Assembly: GCA_964647905.1 (NCBI GenBank)
Contig: CAZYJR010000020.1
Coordinates: 577 to 64,576 of the forward strand
Origin: an uncultured Desulfobacterales bacterium
GTDB taxonomy: Bacteria > Desulfobacterota > DSM-4660 > Desulfatiglandales > HGW-15
Direction: 5' to 3'
Length of the DNA stretch: 64,000 bases
Shown: piece by piece, positions 1 through 9,344 of the stretch
Position numbering within the stretch: the stretch's first letter is position 1
Layout: each line of letters begins with the position of its first letter
The notes under the pieces: generated by a model
Told to the model about the DNA's origin: nothing
What the model saw: only the letters and a program-made list of their open reading frames with translations
Database searches by the model: none
Made by a program: the position numbers and the translations under genes

Positions 1-184
1 AAGAGATATGAAGCAGCGTGAACAGGGCAAAGAGATGGAGGAGCGCTTCTCCTCTCCTCCTGAGCGCTGGGATCGCGGCCCAGATGCCCAATGGTATGAA
101 CAGGGGCAGGAGCTCCACGCCCAGGCCCAGGGTCTCGGCCCGGCCCCAGCCGCCGGCGAATGTCTCTATCAGGGAGGAAAACAT
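1..184 (-). CDS. Partial CDS (5' end only; runs off the window start): small hydrophobic/membrane protein N-terminus, family unknown
   Basis: An ATG at 184 (minus) opens a frame that reaches the window edge: MFSSLIETFAGGWGRAETLGLGVELLPLFIPLGIWAAIPALRRRGEALLHLFALFTLL. Third codon positions are G/C-rich like neighbouring genes. It is absent from the ORF track because it is open-ended. Confidence 0.3.
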   Translation of the reverse strand, partial: MFSSLIETFAGGWGRAETLGLGVELLPLFIPLGIWAAIPALRRRGEALLHLFALFTLLHIS

Positions 185-252
185 AGGGGCGTACACCCTC
201 CACGCGGTCGGTGTGTTGAAGTCTTTTTCGAATCATACGTAGATGCCGGGGG

Positions 253-969
253 ATGTCAATGGATTCGGAGGAGATGAAGTCGAGCCGGGCCACGGATCCG
301 CGGGGGCGCCCTGCAAGACCCGGCAGCCCGGGCGGGAGGGGGACCGCCGGGTTGGTTCTGGCTGCCGGCGAGTCTTCAAGGATGGGGGATACGATCAAGC
401 AGCTCCTGCCCGCCGGTGGTTCCATAACCGTCTTGGAGCGGGTCCTGAAGGCGGTGCTGAAATCCGAGCTGGACACCGTGGTCTTGGTCCTGGGCTACAA
501 GGCGGATTTGGTCAAGGACTCGCTCAAGCCGGAGCTGAAGGGCGATCCCAGATTGGTGTTGGTGGAGAATCCGGCATACAGGGATGGCCTCAGCACGTCT
601 CTTATTGCCGGTCTGCGTGCGGTTGCCGAGACCCATGACCGGGTCATGGTCCTGCTGGGAGACATGCCCGGGATCCACCCGGGGCTCATAAACCGCCTGG
701 ATCGTGAGGTGGCGGGATCAGGCCGCCACTTGGGGGCGGTGAGGGTCGAGGGACGCCGCTCACTGCCCGCGGTCATAGGGCGGCGCTTTTACCGGGAAGT
801 CTTCGAGCTCAGCGGTGACGTAGGGGCGCGCGAGTTCTTCAGCCGTTATCCAGGCGATGTACTGCTGGTGGATGAGGACGACTACGACGACATGGACATC
901 GACACCCCGGAGGATTATCGGACCTACGTGAGCACGGAAAGGGGGCGGCCCCGACCCTTGCGGGGGTGA
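253..969 (+). CDS. MobA/MocA-like nucleotidyltransferase (molybdenum cofactor cytidylyl/guanylyl-transferase family)
   Basis: The 238 aa ORF carries the N-terminal NTP-transferase motif GLVLAAGESSRMG..KQLL and a later VLLGDMPG motif. The exact start is uncertain. Confidence 0.75.
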   Translation: MSMDSEEMKSSRATDPRGRPARPGSPGGRGTAGLVLAAGESSRMGDTIKQLLPAGGSITVLERVLKAVLKSELDTVVLVLGYKADLVKDSLKPELKGDPRLVLVENPAYRDGLSTSLIAGLRAVAETHDRVMVLLGDMPGIHPGLINRLDREVAGSGRHLGAVRVEGRRSLPAVIGRRFYREVFELSGDVGAREFFSRYPGDVLLVDEDDYDDMDIDTPEDYRTYVSTERGRPRPLRG

Positions 970-984
970 CGGCCCATCCAGTGC

Positions 985-2886
985 CTATCGGAGTCCGGGC
1001 AGGGGCTCTATCCTTATCTCCGCACGCTCTCGAAGCTCCCGGAGCCACGCCTCAAAGAGCACCCTGTGCTTCATCTCCCGTATTGAAGAGAGGTAATCCT
1101 CCTTCTCCTCGGCCAGTGACTCTTCGTCGATATCCCTGGAGCCCGCCCATCTCATAATCACAACCCCTGATTCGGTCTCAAAGACCTCTTCAGGGTATGG
1201 GTCGTCCTCATCCAGCCGGAACGCCGCTTCCTGAAGCACAGGATTGTTTCCCAGGCCTGGAACCGCTTGATTTCGCTTGAAAAAGTCCGTGGTCTGGGGG
1301 CTCAGGCCCTGCTCGCCGACCACGGCCTCCCAGTCCCCCCCCTGTCTCAAGCGCTCCAGCACCTCTTGAGCCTTTGCGCGGGCCTTTTCCCGCGCGCGCT
1401 CGGATAGGAGGTCTTCCCTCACTTCTTCCCTTACGCCGGCCAACTGCGGGAGGTGGGAAGGCCTTGTCTCGTCCACCTGGAATATAAAGAAAGAGTCATT
1501 GAATTCGATCACATCGCTCACCGCCCCTCTTTCCAGGTTGAAAAGGACCTCTTCCAGCTTGTCGCTCTCACCCAGGCCCGGGATCTCCTCCCCCCGGCTG
1601 AAAAGGCCGGTGTCATGAACCAAAAGGCCGTGGGACCCGGCATGCTCCTTCAGGTCCACTTCATAGGGCATTTGGTCCATTAAGGAGAGGGCCTCCTCGT
1701 GCGCTATGTCCGAGGCCCGGACCGAGGTCAGGTGCTCGGCTATTTCCCCTCGCACTTCTTCAAAGGGCCTGGTCCGGGCCTCCTGGATGTCTTCCACCTT
1801 TATTATGTGATACCCGAACCCGGTCCTGACCAAGTCGCTTATCTCACCCTCTTCAAGCTTGAAGGCCGCTTCTTCGAAACCTTCGACCATCTCCCCTCGA
1901 GAGAAGTACCCCACGTCTCCACCCTGGTCCTTTGAGGGGCCTTCGGAATAGGTCTTTGCAAGCTCTGAAAAATCCTCACCTTTTTTGGCTTTGTTAAGGA
2001 CCTCAAGAGCTTTCTGTTTAACTTTAGCTTCCTCTTCTTCAGTCGCTTTCTGATCCAAACGAAATAGTATATGCTTTGCTTTAACTCTTTTCTTCTCTTT
2101 ATATCGTTCTATATTCTCCTGATAGTAAGCCTTCAATTGTTCTTCAGATATCTTTATCTGATCAAAAAAGGTTGAAGGCTCGATTTTTATATACTTAACA
2201 CTGATTTTGTCTGGGATTCTGTACTCTTCTTTACGGTTTTCAAAGTACTCCTCCACCTCGGCCGGTTCGAGCCGGATGCCTTCCCGGAAATCGGCAGGGT
2301 CAAAGGCGACGTATTGGACCTTTGTTTGCAGGTTCAGATACCTGTAGTACTCCCTTACTTCATGGTCGGTCACCGGCTGGAAGGCGGTCAGGAATTGATC
2401 GGCCTTGTCCTTCAGCAGGGCTTGGGCCACCGTACGCTCGAAGTCCTCCGGTGTCATTCGGTTCTGGTCCAGGACCGCCCTGTAACGGCCTTCGTGGAAT
2501 CGTCCCTGGAACTGAAATGCCGGATAGGACATTATCTCACTGCGTATCTCGTCCTCGGTTACGTCCAGTCCCAGTCTCCTGGCCTCCTGGGTGATCAGCC
2601 TCTGGTCGATGAGCTGCTGCAGGGCCTGGCGCTTAAGATCAAAGGCCTCTATCAGGTTCTCGCTCCACATGTCTCGGTATTGACGCCTAAGTGACTCCAA
2701 GAGGTCCTTATACGCCTTTTGGTATTCAGTGCTGGTAATGGGTTCCCCGTTTACGCTCGCCACCTTGACCCCCTCCCTGGAGCGGAAGGAGTAGCCGAAG
2801 TAGAAAATGAAGACCACGGCGATGATGGCGATCAATACCTTGATCAGGTACGACTTGGCGTGCTTCCTCATCAGGCTCAGCAGCAT
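985..2886 (-). CDS. ppiD: Periplasmic chaperone / peptidyl-prolyl isomerase, PpiD-like (SurA-N + parvulin domain)
   Basis: 633 aa. The N-terminus has the typical PpiD membrane anchor MLLSLMRKHAKSYLIKVLIAIIAVVFIFYFG. A parvulin rotamase segment follows: KAKHILF ... GGDVGYFSRGEMVEGFEEAAF ... GFGYHIIKVED. Confidence 0.8.
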   Translation of the reverse strand: MLLSLMRKHAKSYLIKVLIAIIAVVFIFYFGYSFRSREGVKVASVNGEPITSTEYQKAYKDLLESLRRQYRDMWSENLIEAFDLKRQALQQLIDQRLITQEARRLGLDVTEDEIRSEIMSYPAFQFQGRFHEGRYRAVLDQNRMTPEDFERTVAQALLKDKADQFLTAFQPVTDHEVREYYRYLNLQTKVQYVAFDPADFREGIRLEPAEVEEYFENRKEEYRIPDKISVKYIKIEPSTFFDQIKISEEQLKAYYQENIERYKEKKRVKAKHILFRLDQKATEEEEAKVKQKALEVLNKAKKGEDFSELAKTYSEGPSKDQGGDVGYFSRGEMVEGFEEAAFKLEEGEISDLVRTGFGYHIIKVEDIQEARTRPFEEVRGEIAEHLTSVRASDIAHEEALSLMDQMPYEVDLKEHAGSHGLLVHDTGLFSRGEEIPGLGESDKLEEVLFNLERGAVSDVIEFNDSFFIFQVDETRPSHLPQLAGVREEVREDLLSERAREKARAKAQEVLERLRQGGDWEAVVGEQGLSPQTTDFFKRNQAVPGLGNNPVLQEAAFRLDEDDPYPEEVFETESGVVIMRWAGSRDIDEESLAEEKEDYLSSIREMKHRVLFEAWLRELRERAEIRIEPLPGLR

Positions 2887-3073
2887 GAGTGTTCCCTCTC
2901 CCTGAATAATTGCGTGACCGCGTAGGCTAGCATGATACTCGGGTGGTGTCCAATACTATCTCCGCGGAAACCCCCGTCTTGGCGGGGCGCGCCGGGTTGA
3001 CTGAGACGGGGGCCTCTGGTAGCTTCCGGTTGAGCGGACGGCGGGAGAGAGGCTTTTCCCGGCCGGATCGCCA

Positions 3074-4285
3074 TTGCATCGGGTTCAACTAGGGGGACTG
3101 CAGGTGGCTCGTACCGCGACCGGATTGGACCGGGTGGGGGACAAGGGGCCGGAGTTGGGTCTGGACGGCCTGAGGCTTGGTCTGTTGTGCAATCAGGCCT
3201 CGGTGGATTCCCACCTCCGCCCGGCCCCGGCCGTTGTCGGCAAGGCCTTTCCGGGCCGCCTCAAGGCCCTTTTCGGCCCCCAGCACGGCTACGGGGGCGA
3301 GGACCAGGACAACATGGTCGAGACCGCCCACTCCTACGCCCCGGCTTACGGGGTCCCTGTCTTCAGTCTCTACTCTGAAGATCGTGCCCCCCGACCCTGG
3401 ATGCTGGAGGAGATCGACGTCCTCCTGGTGGACGTCCAGGACGTGGGTGCCAGGGTATATACCTTTGCCTCCACCCTGCTCCAGTGCCTCAAGGCGGTCT
3501 CCCCGGCCGGCAAGAGGATCGTGGTGCTGGACCGCCCAAATCCGTTGGGTGGGAGGATCGTGGAAGGCAATCTCCTCTCACCCGAGCTGTACTCCTTTGT
3601 GGGGCCCTGCCGCCTGCCCATGCGCCACGGCATGACCATTGGGGAGATGGCGATCATGTTCAACCGGGTCTTCGGGCTGGAGGCTGACCTGGAGGTAATA
3701 CCCATGGCCGGATGGGAGCGTTGGATGCAGTGGGAAGATACCGGATTGCGGTGGATAATGCCCTCCCCGAACATGCCCTGGCCCGGGACCGCCCGCGTCT
3801 ACCCGGGGCAGGTCCTGTGGGAAGGCACCAACGTATCCGAGGGCCGGGGCACTTGTCGCCCCTTTGAGCTCTTTGGTGCGCCCTTCATTGACCCCCTTCG
3901 CTTGATGAGGCTCTTGCCGCCCGGGGCACTCAAGGGCTGTGTCTTGCAGGATTTCTCCTTTCGTCCTACCTTTCACAAATGGGAAGGGCGAATCTGCAAG
4001 GGGTTCTTCATCCATGTCCTTGATCGGGAGGAATTCAGGCCGTACTCCACCGCCCTGGCGCTTTTGGGCGCCGTAATACGGGAACATGGGGATCAATTCC
4101 AGTGGCGGGACCCTCCGTACGAGTACGAGTACGAGCGCCTCCCCATAGACTTGATCTTGGGAGACAGCAGCCTCCGGGTCTCACTGGAATCCGGGGCCGA
4201 CCCCATTGGGCTGATCGAGGACCATCAGGGCCGGCTAATGGACTTCTTGGAGCAGTGGGAGCCCTATCTCATTTATCCAGCTTGA
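3074..4285 (+). CDS. DUF1343 family protein (NamZ-like exo-beta-N-acetylmuramidase family)
   Basis: Motif series typical of DUF1343: LCNQASVD, LFGPQHGYGGEDQDNM, VDVQDVGARVYTF, VLDRPNPLGG, PMRHGMTIGE, SPNMPWPGTARVYPGQVLWEGTNVSEGRGTCRPFELFGAPF. The true start may be downstream of 3074. Confidence 0.85.
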   Translation: MHRVQLGGLQVARTATGLDRVGDKGPELGLDGLRLGLLCNQASVDSHLRPAPAVVGKAFPGRLKALFGPQHGYGGEDQDNMVETAHSYAPAYGVPVFSLYSEDRAPRPWMLEEIDVLLVDVQDVGARVYTFASTLLQCLKAVSPAGKRIVVLDRPNPLGGRIVEGNLLSPELYSFVGPCRLPMRHGMTIGEMAIMFNRVFGLEADLEVIPMAGWERWMQWEDTGLRWIMPSPNMPWPGTARVYPGQVLWEGTNVSEGRGTCRPFELFGAPFIDPLRLMRLLPPGALKGCVLQDFSFRPTFHKWEGRICKGFFIHVLDREEFRPYSTALALLGAVIREHGDQFQWRDPPYEYEYERLPIDLILGDSSLRVSLESGADPIGLIEDHQGRLMDFLEQWEPYLIYPA

Positions 4286-4327
4286 CGGGCGGCTGAGGTC
4301 CGCAATAGGGCTCGCCGGCATTTACGG

Positions 4328-4498
4328 CTACCTGCTTTGCTCGCCGCTGATCCACTTGTCTATGGCTTCCTTGTCGAACCTCCACACTCTCCCGATACGA
4401 ATGGCCGGGATCTTTCCTTCTGCAGCATATTTGCATATTGTTATTTCGTGAAGTTTTAAGTATTTAGCAAGCTCTTTGGTCGTCATTATTTCTGGCAT
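4328..4498 (-). CDS. Small helix-turn-helix DNA-binding protein (excisionase/MerR-like HTH_17 type), 56 aa; below the ORF-track size cut-off
   Basis: Hand translation of the minus strand gives MPEIMTTKELAKYLKLHEITICKYAAEGKIPAIRIGRVWRFDKEAIDKWISGEQSR, with a TAG stop at 4328-4330. The T.KE.A.YL......I......G.IPA.RIG..WRF pattern is the excisionase-family HTH signature. The gene lies in a locally AT-rich patch. Confidence 0.6.
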   Translation of the reverse strand: MPEIMTTKELAKYLKLHEITICKYAAEGKIPAIRIGRVWRFDKEAIDKWISGEQSR

Positions 4499-4529
4499 AT
4501 TAAGCTCCTTACTATATCATCGACTGGAG

Positions 4530-5213
4530 ATGGCGCAGATGGCGAAATTAAGTATCATTATATATAATTCCCAAAAACAGCAAAGTCAACAAAAACCTGG
4601 TGCACTACTCGTGGCCTTGCTGCTCCTGGCCCTGGCGGCGCCCCCCGCCTTTTCGGCCGGCGCCTTCAGGGTGGATTTCGTGTGCGACGGGGACACGGTG
4701 ATCCTCGAGTCCGGGGAGACCGTCAGGTACATAGGGATCGACGCGCCCGAAATGGGAGACGAGGAGGTCCCGCCGGAGTTCCTCGCCCGGGAGTCCAGGG
4801 ACTTTAACCGAAGCCTGGTGGCCGGGCGTCCGATCCGGCTGGAGTTCGACCAAGAGAGGCGGGACCGCTACGGCCGACTGCTTGCATATCTTTATCCTGA
4901 GGACGGGGGCATGGTCAATCTGCTGCTGGTGAGAAGGGGGCTTGCCCGCGTGCTGGTGACCCCGCCCAATACGGCCCGCGCGCGGTCTCTCTTGGAGGCC
5001 CAGCGCAGGGCCATGAGGGCCGGGGTAGGTTTGTGGGGCCGGCCGGCTGAATCGGGAGGCGGTCCATATGTGGGGAGCAGAAGGTCCTATAGGTTCCATC
5101 GCCCCGGCTGTCCTTACGGCATGCGTATACGGGAGAGAAACCGGATCAAGTTCGAGAGCCGCAGGGATGCGTTTTGGGAGGGCTTCAGTCCCTGCAGAAA
5201 ATGCATGCCTTGA
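4530..5213 (+). CDS. Secreted thermonuclease (SNase-like) with a C-terminal Ada-like Cys4 metal-binding tail
   Basis: Signal-like segment GALLVALLLLALAAPPAFSAG. SNase motifs GDTVILESGETVRYIGIDAPE and RDRYGRLLAYLY. C-terminus YRFHRPGCPY ... FSPCRKC. The track ORF begins at 4476 but would overlap the HTH gene; Met codons at 4530 and 4539 are more plausible starts. Confidence 0.8.
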   Translation: MAQMAKLSIIIYNSQKQQSQQKPGALLVALLLLALAAPPAFSAGAFRVDFVCDGDTVILESGETVRYIGIDAPEMGDEEVPPEFLARESRDFNRSLVAGRPIRLEFDQERRDRYGRLLAYLYPEDGGMVNLLLVRRGLARVLVTPPNTARARSLLEAQRRAMRAGVGLWGRPAESGGGPYVGSRRSYRFHRPGCPYGMRIRERNRIKFESRRDAFWEGFSPCRKCMP

Positions 5214-5294
5214 CCGGATCGGACAGGGCCTTGACTGCCCGGCGGCCGGGGTCTATAACCCGAGTCCAGTCAAGCCGTTGCATTACCCGGGACG

Positions 5295-7586
5295 TTGAGC
5301 ATGAAACCACTTCTGCGCTTCAAGCTGAAAAACCCCAGGCTGAGCATGGCCGGGAAGAGGCTCTTTTTTTATGCCTTGATCGGAGTCATAGCCGGGCTGG
5401 GATCCGTGGTCTTTCACTACCTCTGCCAGTTGGGGGCGTACGGGTTCATGGAGCTCTTGGCCGGTTACCGGCCGCCCGACCCTGCCGGGGAGGCCCATCT
5501 CTTCCCTCCCTCAGGGGTGCCTTTCCGGCGCTGGATGCTGCTCTTCCTGCCCGCCATCGGGGGGCTGATCAGCGGTTGGCTGGTCTATACCTTCGCCCCG
5601 GAAGCGGAAGGGCACGGAACCGATGCGGCCATCGATGCATACCACAACCGAGGCGGGGCCATCCGCAGCCGAATACCGATCATCAAGACCTTGGCCTCGG
5701 CCGTGACGCTCACCTCGGGCGGCTCTGGGGGCAGGGAGGGCCCCATCGCCCAGATAGGGGCGGGGTTCGGCTCCTTTTTGGCCACCAGGCTTAATCTTTC
5801 AGACCGGGATCGCAGGATCATGATGGCGGCGGGCATGGGAGCCGGGGTGGGCAGCATTTTCCGAGCCCCGCTGGCAGGGGCGCTTTTCGCCGCCGAGGTC
5901 CTCTACAAGGAGCCGGAGTTCGAGAGCGAGGTGATCATACCAGCGGGCATCTCATCGGTGGTGGCCTACTGCATATTCTGCCTGGTCTTCGGATGGGGAT
6001 CACTCTTCCAGACCGAGCACTTCGTTTTCCGCAATCCCCTGGAGTTGGGTCCATACGTGGTCCTCGCCTTTGTGCTGGCAGGCGGCGGCTTCCTATACGT
6101 AAAGGCCTTCTACGGGGTTCAGCGCTTCTTCGCGCGGAAGATCCCCCTGCCCAACCACCTTAAGCCCGCCCTGGGAGGGCTCTTCACAGGGCTGATCGGT
6201 TTCTTCCTCCCACAGACCCTGGCCTTCGGCTATGGGTTCGCCCAGATGGCCCTGGACAACCAACTCCCCTGGCTGTTTCTCATGGGGTTGGCCTTTGGAA
6301 AGATACTGACCACGTCCTTTTCCATCGGTTCAGGGGGTAGCGGGGGTGTGTTCGGTCCCTCGGTGGTAATCGGCGGCGCCTTCGGCGGTGCTGTGGGCCG
6401 GATGTTCAACGCCTTGATGCCCGGCGTGGTCACCCACCCGGGCGCCTTTGTGGTGGTCGGAATGGCGGGCTTTTTCGCCGCGGTCTCCAACACGCCCATT
6501 TCGACCATCATATTCGTGAGCGAGATGACCAACTCATATCATCTCCTCCTGCCCAGCCTCCTGGTGTGCTCACTGGCATACCTCCTGTCCCGGAACTGGA
6601 CCATCTATGAGAAGCAGGTACCCTCCAAAATAGATTCCAACGCACACCTCGGGGAGTTCTTCGTGGATGTGTTGGGCAGCATACGGGTGGAGGAGCTGAT
6701 GCCTCAGGTACGCAAGGTGGAGACAGTGCCTGAGGACATGACTTTCAGCGCCTTCAGGCGCGTTTTCAGCTCCACCCAGCAGCACTACTTCCCTGTGGTG
6801 GACAAGGATGGAAAGCTCTCAGGGATTTTTTCCATCAACGACATAAGGAGCGTGCTCTTCAACCAGGAGATCGGCGACCTGGTGTTGATGAAGGATATAG
6901 CCAACACCGAGATCATCTCCACAACGCCCAGCGAGGACTTGAACGAGGTCCTGAAGAAGTTCACAGTACGCAACCTCCACAGGCTGCCCGTGGTGCGGGA
7001 CGAGGACCCTCGTGAGTTCCTGGGCATGCTGGACCGGCGCGAGGTGATCCAATACTACAACAGTCGTGTGGAAGAGATCAAGGCCGGCAGGCATCGCATA
7101 AGCGTGGATTCGGACAGGGAGGTCTCCCTGCTCAAGAACGTAGCCGTGGGTGAGGCCATGAATACCCTGTGCGAGACCATACGCGAGGACATGCCCGGCG
7201 ACGCCCTCAGGGACTTTTTCTACCGATCCAAGCACAGGAGCTTCCCGGTGGTGGACCAAGCGGGCCGCCTGGTCGGGGTCATTTCCTTCTCAGACGTGGA
7301 AAGGCTTCCCTTGAGCGGCGAGGTGCGCGGCCTGACCGCCAGGGAGTTCGCCACCAAGAATGTGGTCACGGTGAGGCGGGAAGACAGCCTCTTCCTGGCC
7401 CTGAGCCGCATCAGCCAAGGGGACTTCTCCATCGTTCCGGTGATCGACGGACCCGCCTCCAGGAGGGTCTTGGGGGTGGTGAGCCGCAGGGACATCGTTG
7501 CCGGGTATGAAAAGGCCCTGCTGGGGTCCGGCTTTCCCAAGAGGATAAAGGGCCGGGATAAGCAACAGGCCGCCGGAGGACTCTAG
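5295..7586 (+). CDS. ClC-family voltage-gated chloride channel/antiporter with four C-terminal CBS domains
   Basis: 763 aa and polytopic. ClC selectivity motifs GGSGGREGPIAQIGAG and GSGGSGGVFGPSVVIGGAFG. Two consecutive CBS pairs follow (..YFPVVDKDGKLSGIFSINDI.., ..LHRLPVVRDED.., ..SFPVVDQAGRLVGVISFSDV.., ..SIVPVIDGPASRRVLGVVSRRDI..). Confidence 0.9.
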   Translation: MSMKPLLRFKLKNPRLSMAGKRLFFYALIGVIAGLGSVVFHYLCQLGAYGFMELLAGYRPPDPAGEAHLFPPSGVPFRRWMLLFLPAIGGLISGWLVYTFAPEAEGHGTDAAIDAYHNRGGAIRSRIPIIKTLASAVTLTSGGSGGREGPIAQIGAGFGSFLATRLNLSDRDRRIMMAAGMGAGVGSIFRAPLAGALFAAEVLYKEPEFESEVIIPAGISSVVAYCIFCLVFGWGSLFQTEHFVFRNPLELGPYVVLAFVLAGGGFLYVKAFYGVQRFFARKIPLPNHLKPALGGLFTGLIGFFLPQTLAFGYGFAQMALDNQLPWLFLMGLAFGKILTTSFSIGSGGSGGVFGPSVVIGGAFGGAVGRMFNALMPGVVTHPGAFVVVGMAGFFAAVSNTPISTIIFVSEMTNSYHLLLPSLLVCSLAYLLSRNWTIYEKQVPSKIDSNAHLGEFFVDVLGSIRVEELMPQVRKVETVPEDMTFSAFRRVFSSTQQHYFPVVDKDGKLSGIFSINDIRSVLFNQEIGDLVLMKDIANTEIISTTPSEDLNEVLKKFTVRNLHRLPVVRDEDPREFLGMLDRREVIQYYNSRVEEIKAGRHRISVDSDREVSLLKNVAVGEAMNTLCETIREDMPGDALRDFFYRSKHRSFPVVDQAGRLVGVISFSDVERLPLSGEVRGLTAREFATKNVVTVRREDSLFLALSRISQGDFSIVPVIDGPASRRVLGVVSRRDIVAGYEKALLGSGFPKRIKGRDKQQAAGGL

Positions 7587-8455
7587 TCCAGGGCCTCCAG
7601 CTTTTTCGCCGCCAACTTCGCCTCGTTGGAGTCGGGGAAATCCTTGGTGATCTTCTTCAACAAGAGCCGGGCGCTGGTCTTGTCCTCTATCTCCAAGAAC
7701 GCCACTGCCTGCCGGTACATGGCGTTCGCCACCTTGTTCCCTTTCGGGTAATCCTTTATCACCTTTTGATAAGAGAGGATGGCCTGTTCGAACTGCTCCA
7801 TGGCCATGTGGCATTCACCGATCCAGAAATGGGCGTTGTCCGCCCTGTCAGACTCGGGGTGGCGCTCCAGGAATGTCTTGAAGGCGGCCATTGCCTCTTC
7901 GTAGCGCTTGTCGCCGAAAAGCGAGCGAGCGCGCTCATAGAGCTCCTCTTCGCCCGAGGGGAGTGTCTCCTCGGGCGGCGCGGGTTCAGGAGCAGCCCCC
8001 GGCCCGGGCGCCGGGGCGAGCTCCGGGGGAGCGAGGGGCCTCTCTCCTTCGGGGGCTTCCAGCCCCAGGTATGCCTGCTGCTGGCGCACCATGCCTTCGA
8101 GGGTCCGGATTTCACTGGAGAGCGCTTCGACCTCCCCCTTCAGGGCGTCCAGTCGGCTGAGGTCCTCCTCCACGATCCGCTTCAGCAAATGCGCGTTGTC
8201 CTCGCTCCTGCCAGATATCCGGCTGACCTCCTCCTTTACTTGATTCGTCTCCAGCCGCAACTGGGCTTGGTTGGCCTCCATGGTCTCCAGGCGGGAGGGA
8301 AGGTCGCTTCCCGCCGTCTCCTGCAAGTCCGAGACCTTTTGGTTGAGCGAGTTGATCTGGCGGTTGAAGTACGCCATTTCCCGGTCGTACGTGCAGGAGC
8401 AAAAGACGAGGGAGACGGCGAAAATCAGTAACAGCCACTTCGGATATTTCATCAT
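7583..8455 (-). CDS. ybgF: Tol-Pal system protein YbgF/CpoB (coiled coil + TPR)
   Basis: Signal/lipobox-like N-terminus (LVFCSC), a long coiled-coil region and a C-terminal TPR block (YERARSLFGDKRYEEAMAAFKTFLERHPES..AHFWIGECH). It sits directly downstream of pal. Confidence 0.85.
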   Translation of the reverse strand: MMKYPKWLLLIFAVSLVFCSCTYDREMAYFNRQINSLNQKVSDLQETAGSDLPSRLETMEANQAQLRLETNQVKEEVSRISGRSEDNAHLLKRIVEEDLSRLDALKGEVEALSSEIRTLEGMVRQQQAYLGLEAPEGERPLAPPELAPAPGPGAAPEPAPPEETLPSGEEELYERARSLFGDKRYEEAMAAFKTFLERHPESDRADNAHFWIGECHMAMEQFEQAILSYQKVIKDYPKGNKVANAMYRQAVAFLEIEDKTSARLLLKKITKDFPDSNEAKLAAKKLEALD

Positions 8456-8560
8456 GTGCTACCCGAAATCGGAGTGCATCCTGGGAGTCCGATGAAGGGG
8501 CGACCGGTCCCCGCCGCCTGTAGGCGGGCGGGGCACCGGCCGGCAAGTTCTCTCCGGTCG

Positions 8561-9169
8561 CTACTTCTTGAAGAGCTTGAACTCGTCTCGGCGGTTCTTG
8601 GCCCAGGCATCTTCGTTGTGCCTGGGATCGGCCGGCCTCTCCTCTCCGTAGCTGATGGTGGTTATCCGGTCTTTGGAGATGCCCAGGCTCATCAGATAAT
8701 TCTTGGCCGCGTTGGCCCTCCTCTCGCCCAGAGCGAGGTTGTACTCGTTGGTCCCGCGCTCGTCGCAGTGCCCCTCTATGCGCACTGCGTACTCAGGGTT
8801 TTTCTTGAGCCACTGCGCCTTCTTCTTCAGGGTCTGCTCGGCCTCGGGCTTTATCTCTGACCTGTCGAAGTCAAAGTAGATGTTCTTGGCCTCAAATGCC
8901 TCGATCTCCGATTGCTTCCTGCGAAGGGCCTCCGCCTCCGCCTGTCGTTCTTTCTCGCGCTCGGCATAGCCTTCCTCCTTGGCCTTCTTTTCGGCGGCGG
9001 CGGCGGCTTCTTTTTCCTGCGCCGAAGGCTCCTCCGTCACCTGGGCCTGCCCCACACCCACCTGCTTCTTGGCGCACGAGGCGAACAGCACGAGTGAGGA
9101 GCATGCGAGAACCATTACCATCCAGATCAACACCGATTTCTTCTTCATCCTCTTGATCCCTCCTGACAA
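8561..9169 (-). CDS. pal: Peptidoglycan-associated lipoprotein Pal (OmpA-like)
   Basis: Lipobox LVLFASC. OmpA-C-like domain IYFDFDRSEIKPEAEQTL...VRIEGHCDERGTNEYNLALGERRANAAKNYL. Tol-Pal gene order. Confidence 0.9.
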   Translation of the reverse strand: MSGGIKRMKKKSVLIWMVMVLACSSLVLFASCAKKQVGVGQAQVTEEPSAQEKEAAAAAEKKAKEEGYAEREKERQAEAEALRRKQSEIEAFEAKNIYFDFDRSEIKPEAEQTLKKKAQWLKKNPEYAVRIEGHCDERGTNEYNLALGERRANAAKNYLMSLGISKDRITTISYGEERPADPRHNEDAWAKNRRDEFKLFKK

Positions 9170-9344
9170 GGTATTGTTACAGTGGAAAGGGCCTGCCGTA
9201 TTGAGACGGGGTCGTCACAATAATCGTTAACCTATGGATGTTTACCACTTCCCGGTCCTCGATTCAAGGCTAAAGTGGGGCTCGGAAAACAGCATGTCGG
9301 AGAAAAATCCAAGGATGCCCAGTCCTTTTGACCGCGGCCCGGGT

